From: an uncultured Holophagales bacterium
GTDB lineage: Bacteria; Acidobacteriota; Thermoanaerobaculia; Multivoradales; UBA5704
Assembly (NCBI GenBank): GCA_963842525.1
Contig: CAWJGT010000001.1
Location: 416,001-480,000, forward strand
Direction: 5' to 3'
Length of the DNA: 64,000 nt
The notes under the pieces are model-generated. The model did not search any database. It had not been told where the DNA came from and saw nothing but the letters and a program-made list of their open reading frames with translations. Shown in pieces: positions 63,302 to 64,000 of the stretch (within the stretch, counting starts at the first letter, position 1; the number at the start of each line of letters is the position of its first letter). A program made the position numbers and the translations under genes.

Positions 63302-64000
63302 TTGTCGTGCAGTATAGACCAGAAGCCTCCGCGCAGAGAGACCTCCAGGGCCCAGGCGGGCGGAGCCTCTCCTGCCGGAAGGAGCCGGAGCAGGCCGGCG
63401 AGCAGGGCCTCGCGCCGGTGCGGATCGGCGTTGACGAACGGCGAGCAGGAGAGGAGCAGCGCCGTGGCCTCGGCGCGGCCGAGCGGGCGGAGCGCGTCGT
63501 GGGGGCTCTTTTCGAGGCGGAAGAGCGCGCCGAGAGGCAGCGGGGGAGCCGGCTCCCCCGCATCCCCCAGGTCGCCGGTGAACGGCAGCGGCTCCACCAC
63601 CGGCCGGCCTGCCGCCAGCCGCAGGGCGTTCAAGTCGTCGGAGAGCACCGTGGCGCCGCGCTCCAGCGCCATCCGGGAGAGGGTAGTCTTGCCCGCGCCC
63701 GAGCGGCCGAGGAAGAGGAAGCCGAGGCCATGGACTGCAATTCCGGCGGCGTGCAGGACCGCGCCGCCCTGCTCGTGCAGGCGGTAGGCGACGAGGACGC
63801 GGAAGAAGTTCTCGAACATCCCTGCAAAGGCTTCGCCTTCGTCCGCCGTCCACAGCGCGCCGGCGAGGTCGGGCCGCCAGTCGAGCCTCCCCACCAGGCG
63901 GATGCCCGCCAGACGCACCGACGCGGGCGTGAAGTCGAAATCGAGCCCGTACTCCCAGCCGCGCACGTCGACCTCGCGGAACTCTTCCTTGGAGATGCGG
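63283..64000 (-). CDS. HPr kinase-related P-loop protein (ScmC/HprK-like); 5' end outside the window
   Basis: LHAAG, FLGRSGAGKTT, LSDD, PF.G. Confidence 0.8.
   Translation of the reverse strand, partial: RISKEEFREVDVRGWEYGLDFDFTPASVRLAGIRLVGRLDWRPDLAGALWTADEGEAFAGMFENFFRVLVAYRLHEQGGAVLHAAGIAVHGLGFLFLGRSGAGKTTLSRMALERGATVLSDDLNALRLAAGRPVVEPLPFTGDLGDAGEPAPPLPLGALFRLEKSPHDALRPLGRAEATALLLSCSPFVNADPHRREALLAGLLRLLPAGEAPPAWALEVSLRGGFWSILHDKWFPSK

Noticed and set aside
61609-64000. Lasso peptide or PQQ biosynthesis cluster
   Set aside because: No lasso cyclase or B2 protease visible and the core lacks an Asp/Glu acceptor; no PqqA ExxxY motif or pqqB/C. Genes beyond the window edge cannot be excluded.

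Overview
High-GC bacterial window. Gene content (CHAT-TPR/ECF-sigma module, zf-HC2-like TPR protein, C25 peptidase, many short TA cassettes) suggests Acidobacteriota, probably Thermoanaerobaculia; this is an inference. Scattered single-base frameshifts, often at homopolymers and densest at 1-4.8 kb, look like long-read assembly errors. Housekeeping genes are carB, fumC, dinB, xth, metH (behind a SAM-I/IV-type riboswitch) and metF. Four candidate uncharacterised systems stand out: (1) 0.7-5.8 kb, an operon with a NitT/TauT ABC importer whose permease appears fused to a receiver domain, an isoprenoid-synthase-like protein and a bacterial homolog of the archaeosine radical SAM enzyme RaSEA; (2) 24.5-26.3 kb, a small secreted protein with two DGICIDPNG motifs next to a zinc-finger/TPR protein; (3) 29.3-35.0 kb, an exported TPR-CHAT protease, ECF sigma, anti-sigma and two small proteins sharing a 20-aa N-terminus; (4) 57.5-64 kb, a C25 peptidase, a 61-aa YxxP-leader precursor peptide, a radical SAM/SPASM-Twitch enzyme, PqqD/RRE and an HprK-like kinase, i.e. 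a probable RiPP locus running off the window edge. Also present are decayed toxin-antitoxin cassettes and REP/BIME-like palindromic repeats, one of them in frame inside a CDS. All calls come from motif recognition by eye; no searches were run.
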